Positions 1-14,200 of a DNA stretch of 64,000 bases are shown here, piece after piece. Origin of the DNA: Antedon mediterranea (Eukaryota > Animalia > Echinodermata); NCBI RefSeq assembly GCF_964355755.1, contig NC_092671.1, positions 8,866,001 to 8,930,000 of the forward strand, written 5' to 3'. The notes under the pieces were generated by a model that saw only the letters and a list, made by a program, of their open reading frames with translations, was not told the origin of the DNA and searched no databases. Within the stretch, counting starts at the first letter, position 1. The number at the start of each line of letters is the position of its first letter. The translations under genes were made by a program, and so were the position numbers.

Positions 1-221
1 TACAGCAAGTTAAATAATCTTTGGACCAACATCTGTTATATTTTTATTATTATTGGCCGTATTCTTCCATTGTATTATTTACAAACTAACCTAAAAATAT
101 ATATATATATAATGGATATAATCTAATAATTTGGCCTAAAGTAATTGCCACAGTCTTTCTCAATCAAGGAAAATGTCCCGAATTTATCCTTGCTTCACTG
201 CGTAAGCAGGCGTTATATCGT

Positions 222-397
222 GGACTCTTCACACAGATCAGGCTTACGACCGTGACGGTAATATTACCGCAATTTTACTAGGTCCAGAGGCGGTCTAACG
301 GAAGCCGGCATTAAGGGGTTTTTACCCTTTCACACATAAGCCGGCATTCGCGAATTACCGCAATATTACCGTCTTACAGCTCTGTGTGAAAGGGGCT
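222..397. mobile_element. Degenerate MITE (PIF/Harbinger-like)
   Basis: Imperfect terminal inverted repeats ggactcttcacacaga ... tctgtgtgaaaggggc followed by TTA; internal repeated attaccgcaat/gccggcatt motifs; GC content above flanks. Confidence 0.45.
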
Positions 398-1679
398 TTA
401 GTATCACATTCATAGTACAGTGACAAATGCATATTCAGTACTGTACTCAGTATGGTATATATCTTATTTTTCTACTTTTGCTTACTGACTGTATTCTTTA
501 TACTGATATTGATAGTGTAATGTAATAGATATCATTATCATCACCATACTGTGGTCTGGTATTGTCAAAGTTAGTAAGTATTGTTGTCACATGTGTTCCT
601 GATGCATATAATAATAAAATTTGGGTGGGAAAATGGTGTTTTTCAACCCTCCCCATCCTCCTTGTTGGTATAAAGACATTCTTTCATTATTATTATAATG
701 CGAGTCCATGTATAAATATTCACCTGGATCTATCAGTTTATTTGATAAACTGTATTTTTACTGTAGAAATAAGTAGAATTGAAAAATTGAAATGATGTTA
801 AGATTCTTGTATTTATTTTAGTTAATTAAGTTTTATTAATTAAGTACAGTAAGTTAATGCTGTTTTACTATTCTTGTGTAGGTTAGTTTAAATACAGTAC
901 ACTTGTTCTAATTTAAAAGTACTACTAATACAGTTAGAACTCTAAGCCCTACTGTACGTATAATGTGCCACCTTGTTCAGAAACATTTTTTTTTTATATT
1001 TAAGGTCTATATTAATCAAGTAAAGTAACATCATTTTAATGTTGGTGGTTATAATACTTGTAGTAAACACACTTTATTTATATACAAGTATATCATAAAT
1101 AGGTACTGTATGTTTTAATTATGGAGTGTAACAATTGAATACAATAATATGCTTTATCAATACAGAATTCATAAAACTCCAATAATAACTTGGTGTCTGT
1201 TAAATAAGTTTAGGTTCTATACAATTTCAAAATATGTTTCTTACATCAATTGTTTGTTATATTTCGTAACATTTCTCAGTATGTTTTACCAAGTGGTAAT
1301 TACTTTTGTATGTGGTAACATTTAATAATGACTGTACTAATGCTTTTTCTTTTTATAACAGCTTTCTACCTAGAAATTTAAAATGCCAAATCCCTGCTTC
1401 TTGAATTAACAAAATGTAATCATCAGGAAATTAATAATATTTTAATAATATGTAGTTGTTTTTCTGAAGCTTAAAATCCACCTCCATTTGCAATCAATCC
1501 TCGTCAGAAGCCATAAACAGCTACTTGCTATTTATTGTTCTGATAGATAGTTTTGCTTAACATTGTACTGTACGAGATTTTAATATTATTATTGCCCGTG
1601 GCTTCTCTAATTGAGGCATTACAAATGGACCGCTTTTGTAGATTTAGGCGCCGTTGAATTTGGAGTGTTTTCATTGCAG

Positions 1680-1784
1680 AGTTCTGGAAGCGGGGCAGGT
1701 ATCGACAATTTTCAAAATGATGGCGCAATAACTGAGATAAACGCCATAATATCTGAAGTAACAGAATCATTCACAATGATTTCA
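1680..1784 (+). CDS. Probable upstream exon of the multiplexin collagen (Ser-Gly GAG-attachment region)
   Basis: ttttcattgcag acceptor, 105 nt open phase 0-0 frame SSGSGAGIDNFQNDGAITEINAIISEVTESFTMIS, donor gtaggt; phase-compatible with exon 8202-8315, which also starts with a GSG motif. Confidence 0.5.
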
Positions 1785-2097
1785 GTAGGTATTCGTCTGT
1801 TGTGTTTGGTTTTCCGTGTGTATCCGTGGCTTTTACTAATAAAATTCACTAATCTTAATGTTTGGTTGTGGTTTTTGTTGTGAGCATGTTAATGTTTGTC
1901 TATGTTAAAAATTATTAATTTGGTGAAATTTGCATGAAATAATAAAAGTTAGTTCTGTATAGCAGGAAGTTGAAATTAACTACCCCTGCTGACAATAACC
2001 ACTCATACTGTATTCTATCAATGTTAAGAATGGGGTGGGAAGAACTTGCATTACCAGTGTACTGAACTTATAAAATATACAACTCGTTCTGCTCGTC

Positions 2098-2158
2098 AAT
2101 GTGCAACTAGCAGTGCTTGTTGATGTGCAACTCATTCTGCTCATTGATGTGCAACGTA
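2098..2158. repeat. Short degenerate tandem repeat (~24 bp, about 3 copies)
   Basis: atgtgcaac recurs three times at about 24-nt spacing. Confidence 0.5.
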
Positions 2159-5100
2159 CTCCGCTCAAGTATCACTCAATTCTTATAATTTACATCATAC
2201 CAAATATAATAATACAAAACAAGATAATAATTTATGTACCACCAACCATTATCATTATTGTAAAATGAGGTCAACCTGTTTATTTGCACCATTAGGATTG
2301 TGATACACTGTCTTACATGATAGTGGTACCACCAGGATTGTCCTTAATACATTGCTGTGTTCTTCTAACACAACATGTAAGCAAAGTACAATAAACTATA
2401 TTACACTGAATCATCGATTAATAAATTGGCAAAAGAATGGGTTATTAAATTATCATAGTCCCTGGTTACATTTCTGTTTCCTTTCGATTGTTTTTCTTAA
2501 TTTTCACAAATAACTTGCACAAATTTGACTCATGTTATAAAGCACATTGCATGTCAAGATTTATTTCCCGTGCAATATATTTAGTCGTGAAGACAGCATA
2601 CCAGAAAGGCCAACATAAATACTTATCATGTTTGCTTGAGCTCTGAAATATTGTTCATTAGATGAGAGGTTTTAAACTCTGTCCTCCTTTCTCAATAAGA
2701 TTGGCTTCTCCTCATTTTATCGCATGACGTCAACATTAGATATACAATATGTCAACAACCATTGGTAACTTTATAATGGGTTCCTACCACCATTAAATTT
2801 CAGCATAGTTCAATCAGTGAGTTATTCTGTACTGGGCAAACAGTTTAAACTAGTGACTTTGGTTGTTTGTACTGCACTTTAAAACTAAACAAATTTAAAT
2901 GTCCAGTCGGACTGCTATGGAATAATAGATCTTTTCAAGGTGATTATTAATTTGTTCTTAACAGCGAGATGAAATTCACCTTTAAGTGCTATTAAAAGTA
3001 ATGATGTACTGTGCTGTGATTTGAAACTATTAAGTGCATCCACTGTACTATTTACACTATACTAGCATGTAGAACAGTAAAAGTTAATTCATTTCTTATC
3101 TTTTGCATGGTTTGTTATTGCACGTCATTAAAATATCCGGTATTGGACAAGTCAACCGAACACAATAGACAATTTAGTTATGATTTGAACAATCAATTGT
3201 CAATAAAACCATATTAATGAAAGTTTCATCCTACACAAAGATAAGATATCGTTTTTTTGTGTTAGTTTTTCTTAGTTATGTCGATTTCAATGTTTATTTA
3301 TGTTTAAAAGTAGGAAATGTGCCTTTAAACATAACATCCCTAGCACCAATGTTAGATATTAACCTGACTGTGAACTTAAAAAATGGGGCCTATTAAAGGT
3401 ATGTTGAACCTGATTTGCTGAAATTTCAGCCAGACTGGACCTTGAATGATAGGAAATGTCAAAACAATTATGTCATCATCTGAATCAACATGATCACAGT
3501 GGTTAAACAGTGATGCTCTAATGTTCAATTAAACTAGCACTTGCTAGTGTATTGATATGTATATTGATGCTTTAAACGCACGTTTTTAGAGGTCATCACC
3601 TATTGGCTGGCTAGAACATCACATTCTTCGCTGTTGAATACTATCCATGGAATTCTACGCTTGTGATGGATAAATGTTTGCGGAAGATTATCATCATAAA
3701 ATTACAATTAAAGGGCTTATGCCGAATTAGGTGAAAGCTTTTTGTAAGCCTTTAAATTACTTTTACTTAAGCTTGGATTTAAGGGTATTTTCTTAAAGTA
3801 ATCCACAGTGTAACTTGATAGCGTTTTTCAAATCATATTTTCCTTTGGTTTAGTAAATATACAATATAAGTTCAGCACTTAATTTCACATATTTATATTA
3901 TAAATTATAATTTTCAAAATTATATATTATTATTAGTCAATTTTCTAATTCTACTTAAAATAAAGTAATTTTGGGTAGGCATAGATATTGAATGTGTCTA
4001 ATAATTGGCTTTTAGAATTCACAGTATTTATCATAAATTGTGTTACTTGGTATAGTTTTAAATATGTCTCGGGCACTTTTATATATATAATATTAATTTA
4101 TAATACTTTTTATTTTTTAAATTTATTTCTTTCGCAGTTACAGAATGGAACATACAATTAATACGCGCACATAAACACACATACTATGATTTCTTAATGT
4201 ACTGTATGAACAGGGTATTCTTAATGTATTACTGCCAATCACAACATGCAGTTAGCAGAAAAAAACCCATCCTCACCTTTTTCTTTCTTCTTCCCACAGA
4301 AAATTTGAAGGTGTATTTATTTTGTCTATCCACCCACTCGCCCACTTGCATAGTCATAAATTGATCCTCCATAAATTGACTACAGTAGGGTGTACTTATT
4401 TATTGTGTAGTCATGTTTCTGCACCACTTAAATACAAAGGAATCCATTTACCAAAAAAATGTATGATTAATTGTAAGGCCATGTTTTTTAAAAAAATAAA
4501 TAGATTGACAGTGAAAAATTTAATTCCATTCTTTTCTGTTCATATATTTTTACAAAGCCATAATGCATCTAAAAATGTAGGCCTACCGATCCCTACAACC
4601 TATGTCGAAGAGTGTTGGCGTATAGTGAATCAAATCTTGTGATTTTATAAGTTAAAATCCTGTAACAAATTTTGTTAGATGTGCCGATGAGAACCATCCC
4701 CTGCCCTTGACTACCAGTAGAAAAAAAGACTTTGAAAGATTAAGTTTCTGTAAAAACAAAGGAAGTTGGACTACATTTTCTGACAAAAGGTAATTCAAAA
4801 GAATTTTGAAAATTGAAAGCGAAAGATTAATTTTCCTGAAAGCCATTGAGAATAGATAAATGTATTTTTATCAGTTTAAACTTCCGATCCTTTACACATT
4901 ATTGGATGGAAAAAATACAAATACACTACAGTGTACATTCGTCATCATAAAGTGAGCTATTCACATAAAAAAGTACCGTTCAGATCTCTGCAAAGAATGT
5001 ATAAATTTATTAGAAAAAGCTTGTAAAGCGCCTATTGCATGGATGAGAAATACCCATAAAATTGATCCCTTTACTGTATATTTGTTGGATTCGGTCTGTT

Positions 5101-6241
5101 AATAATTAATTACACATGTTCAGTCAATTATGATGTCCCATCATGCTTAACTATTATTAATAGTATTATCATATTCATGTAGAACATAAGTCATATAACT
5201 CACATTTGGCACAAGACTTGCGTATATTTTACACTCTCACTTTTTAGAATAGTTTGTGTCCCCCATCGCCATTCTTACCTCCCCCACCTACTTTTCTTTA
5301 TTGTAATCATAGGTTTTTCAGCTGTTTGGTTTGCCACTGCACAATATAATGCTTTGAGTATTTGCATGCATGTAATTCACAAATGGGATGGTAACAATCA
5401 CCCATGCAAGCCTTGCAAATAAATCATACCTCATTGATTTACAGGTTTGTATGTTAAAGTCCACAGTTGTTATGCTTGATTGAATAAACGACTCAATCAA
5501 GTGTGATAATGTGAACTGCAAAAATGAATCATGAACTGAGGTTGTACAATTTCCTCTGATGTGTATTAAATTGGTGCAACCATTTAACAAGGAAACGTGT
5601 GTATCCTTTCAGTTGACAAGAGAAACATAGACTTGCATCCATTTGCCTTGATACGTATCTAGAGACATTCTAAAATGTTTAAAGAAAACATTTCTGTTTA
5701 TTAAAGATGTTATTAATTATGGATTGAATGTTCGTATGAAACTTGTTTAATGTTAGTATGTTATCCTAGTAGAAGGCCTTACCCCTCCCATGGGCGTAAT
5801 TGTGCTAAGCGAAGGTGGTTAGGGTCACCAGGCTAAAGTCACCCAGTTTTTTTCCAGCATCATTCACCATAAGAAGTTCTGTATCCTTCCTTGATTTTTG
5901 GTTGCCCCATTCTATGCTGTCGTAAAAAGGTAATTCATGAACAAAAGGTCATTGCATATGGTCTACACAAGTGGCCTACTAGCATTTTGTAGTCAATGGT
6001 GTTGGCATCAGAGTGAGCATATAGTATAAAAGAATTCTTGCATATGGGCTACCAATGTAGAATCAGCTGGATAACTAAAATGACTTAGCATGGGGGAAAT
6101 AGCCTGTAGAAAGCTTGTTGTAACATGGGTTGCAATAACTACTGGTCATGTTAGTCTATTATAGCAAAAAATATAATACTGGGAAAGGGTAGTCCTCCCT
6201 CTCAAAATGGCTTCCTTTTTCTTTCAATCCAACCTCTAAAT

Positions 6242-6341
6242 CAGGGGTGGATCCAGGATTTTGAAAAAAGGGGCTCAGACACTAAAGTACTTGAGACACA
6301 GGCCCCTCAAGCCTATTTAGCCCCACCTAAATCCGTGCCTG
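6242..6341. mobile_element. Degenerate hAT-like MITE
   Basis: Ends caggggtggatccagg ... cctaaatccgtgcctg form an imperfect inverted repeat of the common CAGGGGCGGATC type; no clean TSD seen. Confidence 0.4.
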
Positions 6342-8201
6342 TAAATCCACCAAACGGGCAAATACACCCTCAATTGCAGTTTTAAGAATCTGGTTTAACA
6401 GATGACAAATCTGGGACCTTTGGAATTGTAATATAAGATTTAAGAAAGTTTTTTAAAAGTTTCAGGAACAGTGGTTTGCTCTTTGAATATATTAATTGTT
6501 CATTAACATATTTTTAATTACGGAGTGTCCATCCATATTTAACAGAGTTCAGAAAATTTCCAAATTGATAGAATTCTATGTAACTTTAACGATCGACAAT
6601 AAAAAATGTCCGGAAATCATGATATTCTATCCCTCAGATCCCTCAAATCATATCTGGTGGCGTTCATTTTTCAAGAACATCTAACCAGATTCAAGGATGT
6701 TCCTGTGCTCTGGTCCCAACAGCACGTTCTGGGTTATTAAAAATGACCTAAACACGGTCCTTGAGTTTCCCCTGGCTTAATACACAGGTACTGTTTTTCT
6801 CTGATAATAAAAAAATAATCTATAAAGCAAAGTCCTTTTTTAATTGGCCATTTAAAGTCTTTTTATTGGTAGCTCTTTAATGTACAGTATTTAGAGTTGA
6901 CATTCCAGAAGATCCTATATTACCATCACCTGTCAAAGCCTGTAACAACTATACCAACTTATCACTGATGTAGGTCCAAAGTTCACGACTGTATTCTGCA
7001 AAATTGATTTTGATATTCATTACTAAGAATTTTATTAAAATTTATTTTAAGAATTTGAAATTTAATTTTTAAAATTAAATGTTTAAACATGTTGTAATTT
7101 TGTATAATTTATACTTGTTTTATTACATATTTTAATTTGATATTTCATCAATAGTAAATTATAATTATGCACTGTTACAAATTTATTACTAATTAAATTA
7201 GTTGGTTATCCTGTAAAGATTTTACTGTACGTATTTTCTTATTTGTTAATTAGCATATTTATGTCACATGTATGTAAATTTATAATGGATTGCGATATAT
7301 TTTTATATATTTTATATACTGTATCTGTACTGTATTAAATGTTTCTTGTCACACTGTTATGTGTGTTACCACATTTGCACCTTGTACAAAATACAGCATA
7401 AAATATTGTTTTATCTATTACTCTATTTCATATTGTACATTCATTATATTTTTTTTATTACAATGTATTCTCCTCTGTTGTACATTTTAAGGTATTCAAT
7501 TCTCCTGACTGAATGGAAACGTTTTGTTGCCACAAATGTGGACGTTAAATTCTTTTTTTGGGAAGGTTTTTCTTGGTATAAATTTTGGAGAGTTGACCAT
7601 ATTTACTTTGCACAATGCATGTTGTTATGTTACATTTTATATTTTGTTTTCTTGTTTTGTAAATTGTATTGTGTGAAAATTATTGATAAATTAAGTCAAG
7701 ATAGAGGGATGATACTGCATGGGACACTATCGGGACTCAAGAATATGTCCACATAGTGCTGCACCATGAATAGAGGTGTCTTCTTTATCTTTGAGATTTA
7801 ATTTGGAATGTCTTAGTCAAATAAATTCCTGTACAATATGTATAACTAATCCAAATACAGTTCTAAATGATACTTTTAATTTAATGTTGTAAAAAATGTA
7901 ATTAAATTTATCAATTATGTAATAAATATGTAAAATTGCTAATTATGCAATTACAATTAATTTAGCTAAATATATTGGTTTGTCATAAAATTATTAACAA
8001 CATTTTCTTTCTTGAAATTTTTAATGCTATTACTGTAATATCGTAAAACTGTAGGCATGACTGTCACGTTTGACCTGTGATATGCATCATTAATGTTTAT
8101 GACGCCAACATAGAGCATAACATTACCCTTAATATCCTGTTTATTTCACATAACATCGATTTTGATAAAAGATATTAATTTATAGCATCATTTTTTTAAA
8201 G

Positions 8202-11200
8202 GGGTCTGGATGGTCAGGGAGTGGCGATTTAGATGGATATACAGCATCAGGCAAAGCGCCATCATGGGAACAGACAACACTCGAACCTACTATGCTAATG
8301 ACCTCAATAGATCCTGTAAGTTGCTTATATTATGGTACTACAGGTTTAGCCTGGTTCACAGTAGCGAACTGTAATCTAGAGGAGCTAACTTAAATGAATG
8401 CTCTGTCAGAATTATAATGTTCTGGTCGATCAGGATAGGTTATCAAGAAAGGTAATGGTTAACAATCTGTTAGCCAATCATTTCCTTCTGTGTCAAGTAA
8501 GAATTACAAGTAAACACTAAAATGATTGGTAATTTTGGAATATCTAGATCGCAAGGACAGGCAGCTTTTGCAAAATAGTGACCATTGGTTGGTTATGTGA
8601 ACATAACCTTATTACAAAGGCATTACAGTATTGAAAACCATAAGCGACAGCTTTACAATCTATTGACTGTACTCTATGGCTTGTAATATTATATATAGTT
8701 GTAGAAATACTTGCATTAAAACATATTTTAATATATGCATTCCTCATATCTTACAAGAGTTGATTGCTCAAGATTCAAGTCCTGTCTTGTGTTGTTTTCC
8801 CCACTGTTTTGACCTGAAATTAAATCTTCTTTGCCATTTTACAATTTTTGAATTGCAAGTTATTATTCAAATTCGACCTAATAAATCATGAACCGAAAAA
8901 AATGATCCTTTTTAAACTGCCTGAAAGGCATTCTTTTACTTGACAGTGAACTGTTAACTAAATATATAAATGCATTTCATGTATTGTTAGTAGTTGGCTT
9001 TAATTCACATTCTCTTTTGTGGATATTTGTACTTTTAAAGAGTTTTCAGAAACATTTCTTTTTTTTCCAAAACTTATTATCAATTATTTCCATGTCACGA
9101 CCAGTTAAGTTTGATTGAAAATTATACAATTTGTTATTACCACAAATTCACATTCCTTACTGTCTGCCTTTTACATGTCCCTGTAGGTAATGTTTTTAAC
9201 ATGAATCGCTGTGGTTTATTGCTCGTGGCAACATCTTCACGGTGCGTTGTTCTACCACTGCAAGGAGTACGTAATAGTTTAGTATCGCCCTACTGTGCAA
9301 CAAATAATCTTTACAGTATTTGGTGTTAATTTAATATCATATACAAGACAACTGAAACTTTCTTTCCTGTATTGTGACACTGGGGAAATACCATTGCCAG
9401 TGGCATTGTACATCAATGTCACTCTAAGATCTAATAAACAAACTAAACCATAATGAAACCTATATCCTCATACATTTGTCTATATGCAAATTATAGAATA
9501 AATATCTCTTAATGTAATAATGTATACATATTTCATTCTTGCCGAGACAGCTTAATTTAATTTGAAAGACACATTTTCCAATAACGTTAAAATTTAATAA
9601 TGTCATTAGTACTACTACACTGAAATATTATATTATATAAACTTAATAATTATTTATGTCGTGCCTCAGTTTTGTTTCATTTACAATTGATGTTCTTAAT
9701 ATATCTCAATTTTGTATTGTCTAAAAAGTCAACTTTCTGAAAAGCTAGATACTCTTTGCAGAGAATATCCAGTTTATGAAAAAAACTTTTTTTTGGAAAA
9801 TTTTACTTATGCAATTTACATATTCACTTTACCTTGGAGTAATTATTTATTGTTCTATTTTAGATGTTACCACCAGTGACCACACCCTCAATTGTAGTAG
9901 AAGATTTAATTAAAAGTCCTGCACCCTCTGATAACCGGTTTGTTCCAACGTCTGCGCCAGATGATGTAACTAAACCTGCAGAAGTTGATAGTGTAACAGG
10001 AATAACCAGTGGATTGCCAGAACCACAAGTAACCGATACTGTTGTCACCTCAGAAGCATCTTCATTAGTGGGTCCTAAAGGAGAAAAAGGAGATCAAGGA
10101 TACCAGGGACCTCGAGGAGATACTGGTGTACCTGGTGTCCATGGCATTAATGGAACAGATGGTCTTCCAGGACCTGAAGGGCCGATAGGAGACAAGGGTG
10201 AGGTTGGGGATGTTGGTCCACAAGGGCCGAAAGGTGTCAAGGGTGACGCAGGTGGAAATGGTGAGAATGGTACTGATGGACTTCCAGGTTCAATAGGACC
10301 AAAAGGGGACAAGGGTGATCCTGGAATACCTGGTCCTGGTGGTGTAAATGGTACAGATGGAGAAGATGGACTAATTGGTTCTGAAGGTGAGAATATTTTT
10401 AATATCAAATTACGAAAAGTATTATTAAAGTATCTTGTTTTATATTTGAAATATACTGATATTTTATTTGAAATAGCAGCCAATGTAATATTTTTTTTAA
10501 ATAATTTGTTTTCTCGTTTTAATTTAATTTCCTTCCAAATTAAATTTCCTTTTAACATCAAATTACATTATATGAATAAGAATGATATTAAATAGGTGAA
10601 TATTGATTTATTAAATTTAATAAAGAAATAGCTAAGATATTATGATTATTATTGATTCTCTATGTTTACCGGAGGTGTAACTTTTCCTCTTTTATGCTTT
10701 GCATGAATGATTGCATTCTGCAGGTCCACGTGGCCCTCCAGGCCCCAAAGGTGAAAAAGGAATACAAGGGCCTAAAGGTAGGCATTTTGACTGAATCAAA
10801 CTGCTGTTTTAGCTTCATGTGTTGACTTTTCAACTAACACTCATATATCATATTTTATCATTCCATTTTTAATCAGGTGATCAGTACATGTTGTGAATTT
10901 GTAATACTAAGGAGCACTCTTTCATTTTTTAAAACCATTTTCAGCTTCATCCATTGATAATCACTGTAAACCATTTAAAAAATGCGCACAGCAGCTGGCT
11001 GGGGATGCTTCAGAATAAATTGATTATACTGTATATCACAATCAACTCAATTGCACTACTTTCAGACCACCATAGTAAAGAAGGGGCAATTAAGTGAACT
11101 AACCCACTTTGTCTACTTTTCTAATGCATGTTCAGGGACCATTTGCGATTGATGTGATGATATCTTTTAATTGTTGTGGTATTTTATTATATTTTACAAC

Positions 11201-14200
11201 TTGAAAAATGTTAGTCTATCAGTCTTGTATCTTATTTAGGTATCTTCATTCATATCCACACAATAAAAAAAATAACTAGTGATGTTCTGTGAGGAGGGTG
11301 TTAAAAGATTACCTATCGGATAAAAATAGCTTTCCATAATGTTTTAGCATTATCGCTGGATGGTTAGTTTCCTAAAAAATATACACTATAATAATTTTCA
11401 ACAAACATTGAAACATGTAATACACTTTAATGTGAATTACTGTACCAAAGGGACATTGGCATACGTCCGCCCAATATAAAGCAACATTAATTGCTTCCAT
11501 ATGTATCATTTAACTTGACACAGTTACACTTTAACATTCATTAATTAACTTTAGCTTTTTAAGCAATCGGGTATTAGATATAGTCAAAGCCAATCAGCTT
11601 TAATAGTTTCTGTCATTTTAGCAATTTTGTTGGTCAGTAGCATGGTTAGCAGTTTTATTGTGTTCTTAAACAACCCGAATTTCTTCAGTTTACAGTTAAA
11701 CTTGAGGACCAGAACAATACATTTAACATTTTAACATTTAACACTTAAACCCCTCCCAAAACTGTAGGGAGAAAGCTTAAATTGGGAACCCTATTCTGTA
11801 TAATGCTATATATTAGGATTATTTTTAATTGGACAATTGAATTACTGGTTAACAACACTTTTAACACATACAATTTTCTGTAAAAATGTATTCGCCAAAA
11901 CTGGCCATTTGCAGGTTTTACCTGGGCCCGTCCTGGTTTTACTGTCCATTGGCCAGTGTACCTAAATCGACTTTTGGTGCAATACACCATTTATGTATCA
12001 TCTGCAAATTATCAAATAATTTGTAAACATTAAATGGAGTGATACAGTAGAGCTTATCTTGCCATTACATAACCTCAATCTTATTTGCTATATCATCCAC
12101 ACTTTCTAAATTCATTTACACTATACACTCACTGTTTTCACTTAAATCTTGAAAGAATTTCATTTAGCTTCGATTTTGTATAGATGACAAATTTCGTTTT
12201 TGTAAAAGCATAAGTTAACGGAGTACTTACTCGAACGTTTCGATCTCTATCAGAGATCCTTCTCAACTGACTGCGGAGTGTTAATGCAGCTTGGTCATTC
12301 TTGACGTCATCTGTTGATGACGTCGTACGCCTCCGGTTGTAGGTTGGAGGTTGTGCGGGGCTCGGCCAGGTGATGTGTCTATCAAATCATTGTACAAATG
12401 CGAGAGTTCGTGGGCTCCAGTGTCCCGGTTCATGGTCTTCTCCTTATTTCTCCTTATATGTAATGATTCTCTAATCTGTCTGTCTTTGCGTTTAGGCTCT
12501 TTGGTTAAGATGGTAGCCTCCCAGTTTGGTACATGATTGTGTTTTATGACATGTTCTGTAATGGCAGATTTGTGTATGATCGAAGATGTGGATGTTCTGG
12601 AGGCCCTAGTCATTACTCCCCCCGTGTTTGTTGTAACATCTTTTTTGTGATCATTAATTCGTGTTTGTAATGCCCTCCCTGTTTCCCCAATGTAAACTTG
12701 TGGACAGTTGCGGCAGGTGACTTCGTAGATTACTCCACATGTATCCATCTTCTCGATTTTATCTTTTGGGTGGACGAGGCTATTCTTGATTTTATTTTGG
12801 GGTAGGAAATAGGTTCCGACATTGTGATAGGAGAGAGTGCGTCGTATTCTTTCTGCCATTCCTTTTACGTAGGGGATTCCTATGCTACCTCGCATCTTGA
12901 TCTTTTCCTTCTGTGGTTCGTGTCCTTTGTTCTTTTTTCTTTTTCGGTTTTCCATAACTCTCTGGAAGGACCACTCTGGATACTGGCAGTTGTGTAACGC
13001 TTTCTTGATGTTATCCATCTCAACTTTCCTCAAATCCATATCTCCCACTACCTTCTCAGCTCTGTCCACCAGCGTGTTTATAAGCCCCAGTTTGTGTTCG
13101 AGTGGATGATGTGAGTTGAAATGTAAATATTGGTCTGTGTGAGTGGGCTTCCGATAAACTGAGGTGGTAACTGTTCCATTGTCATTGAGTGTGATGAGCA
13201 TGTCCAGGAAAGGTATTGTGTTGTTTGTCATCGATTCTGTGGTGAACTTGATATTGTCAGTTATATCGATGTTATTAAGATGTGTGTTAAATGTATGTAC
13301 TGTACCTATGGGGATGATAGCTAATACATCATCAACGTATCGTTTCCAATACACAGGTTTGATGTTAGTGGGTGCCGTGTTTATGGCTTGATGTTCGAGC
13401 CACTCTAGATACAAGTTCGCCAATATAGGACTTATTGGGCTTCCCATAGCAATGCCTTGTATTTGCCTATAAATTTGTCATAAAACACAATCATGTACCA
13501 AACTGGGAGGCTACCATCTTAACCAAAGAGCCTAAACGCAAAGACAGACAGATTAGAGAATCATTACATATAAGGAGAAATAAGGAGAAGACCATGAACC
13601 GGGACACTGGAGCCCACGAACTCTCGCATTTGTACAATGATTTGATAGACACATCACCTGGCCGAGCCCCGCACAACCTCCAACCTACAACCGGAGGCGT
13701 ACGACGTCATCAACAGATGTTTTCACTTAATTATTATAATCTATTCCAACTGTTGCTTATTACATATAAACGGATGCTAAGGAGTTGCTAAGAAATTAAT
13801 GAATAAATGCATTTTATTATTTTTTACTCCATGGATTTAACATGAATATTTTGACCTTTATTAACCACTACTTTCACAAAGGGAAAGATGTCATTTAGAT
13901 TCTTCTAGTGGACTTGACAAGGTATATATTATTATAAATGTTTATTCTTTCAAAAATGAGCCAAACTTTCTTTTTATAGCAGCTGAGTTTTTAAAACACC
14001 TCCATAACGAACACTCATCCAAAAGCCTGGTTGTTCTTCTTACAGTGCATTTGGTACCTTTCACAATAGACACTTTTTGGGTCTATTTGAATTTTTTGGA
14101 TATTTTACTTTTGACAGTGAATATATTATATAATATTTCTAAACAAAATATTGGAAATTAAATTACTGACAATTTAATACAAATTCTAATAATAATAATA

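Larger units (their letters stand above)
12146..13719 (-). mobile_element. 5'-truncated Penelope-like retroelement with inverted terminal copy
   Basis: ORF 12281-13447 encodes a PLE RT ([28 protein letters not shown]) and a GIY-YIG endonuclease ([21 protein letters not shown]). 13476-13719 is the reverse complement of 12308-12551. TSD TGTTTTCACTTAA at 12133-12145 and 13718-13730. Confidence 0.93.

Noticed and set aside
4300-4310. 11-nt micro-exon after a strong pyrimidine tract
   Set aside because: Weak donor (gtgtat) and frame-shifting length relative to the flanking phase-0 exons.
562-7756. Short ORFs in the AT-rich 5' region (562-795, 4322-4642, 5318-5590, 7346-7756)
   Set aside because: Composition mirrors AT-rich intron DNA, with mostly non-ATG starts and no domains or exon boundaries.
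10094-10561. Pro/Gly/Ser-rich minus-strand ORF (also 24439-24708 and 15535-15825)
   Set aside because: Antisense shadows of Gly-X-Y collagen exons.
13491-13791. ORFs identical to parts of 12281-12536
   Set aside because: Products of the inverted Penelope copy, not independent genes.
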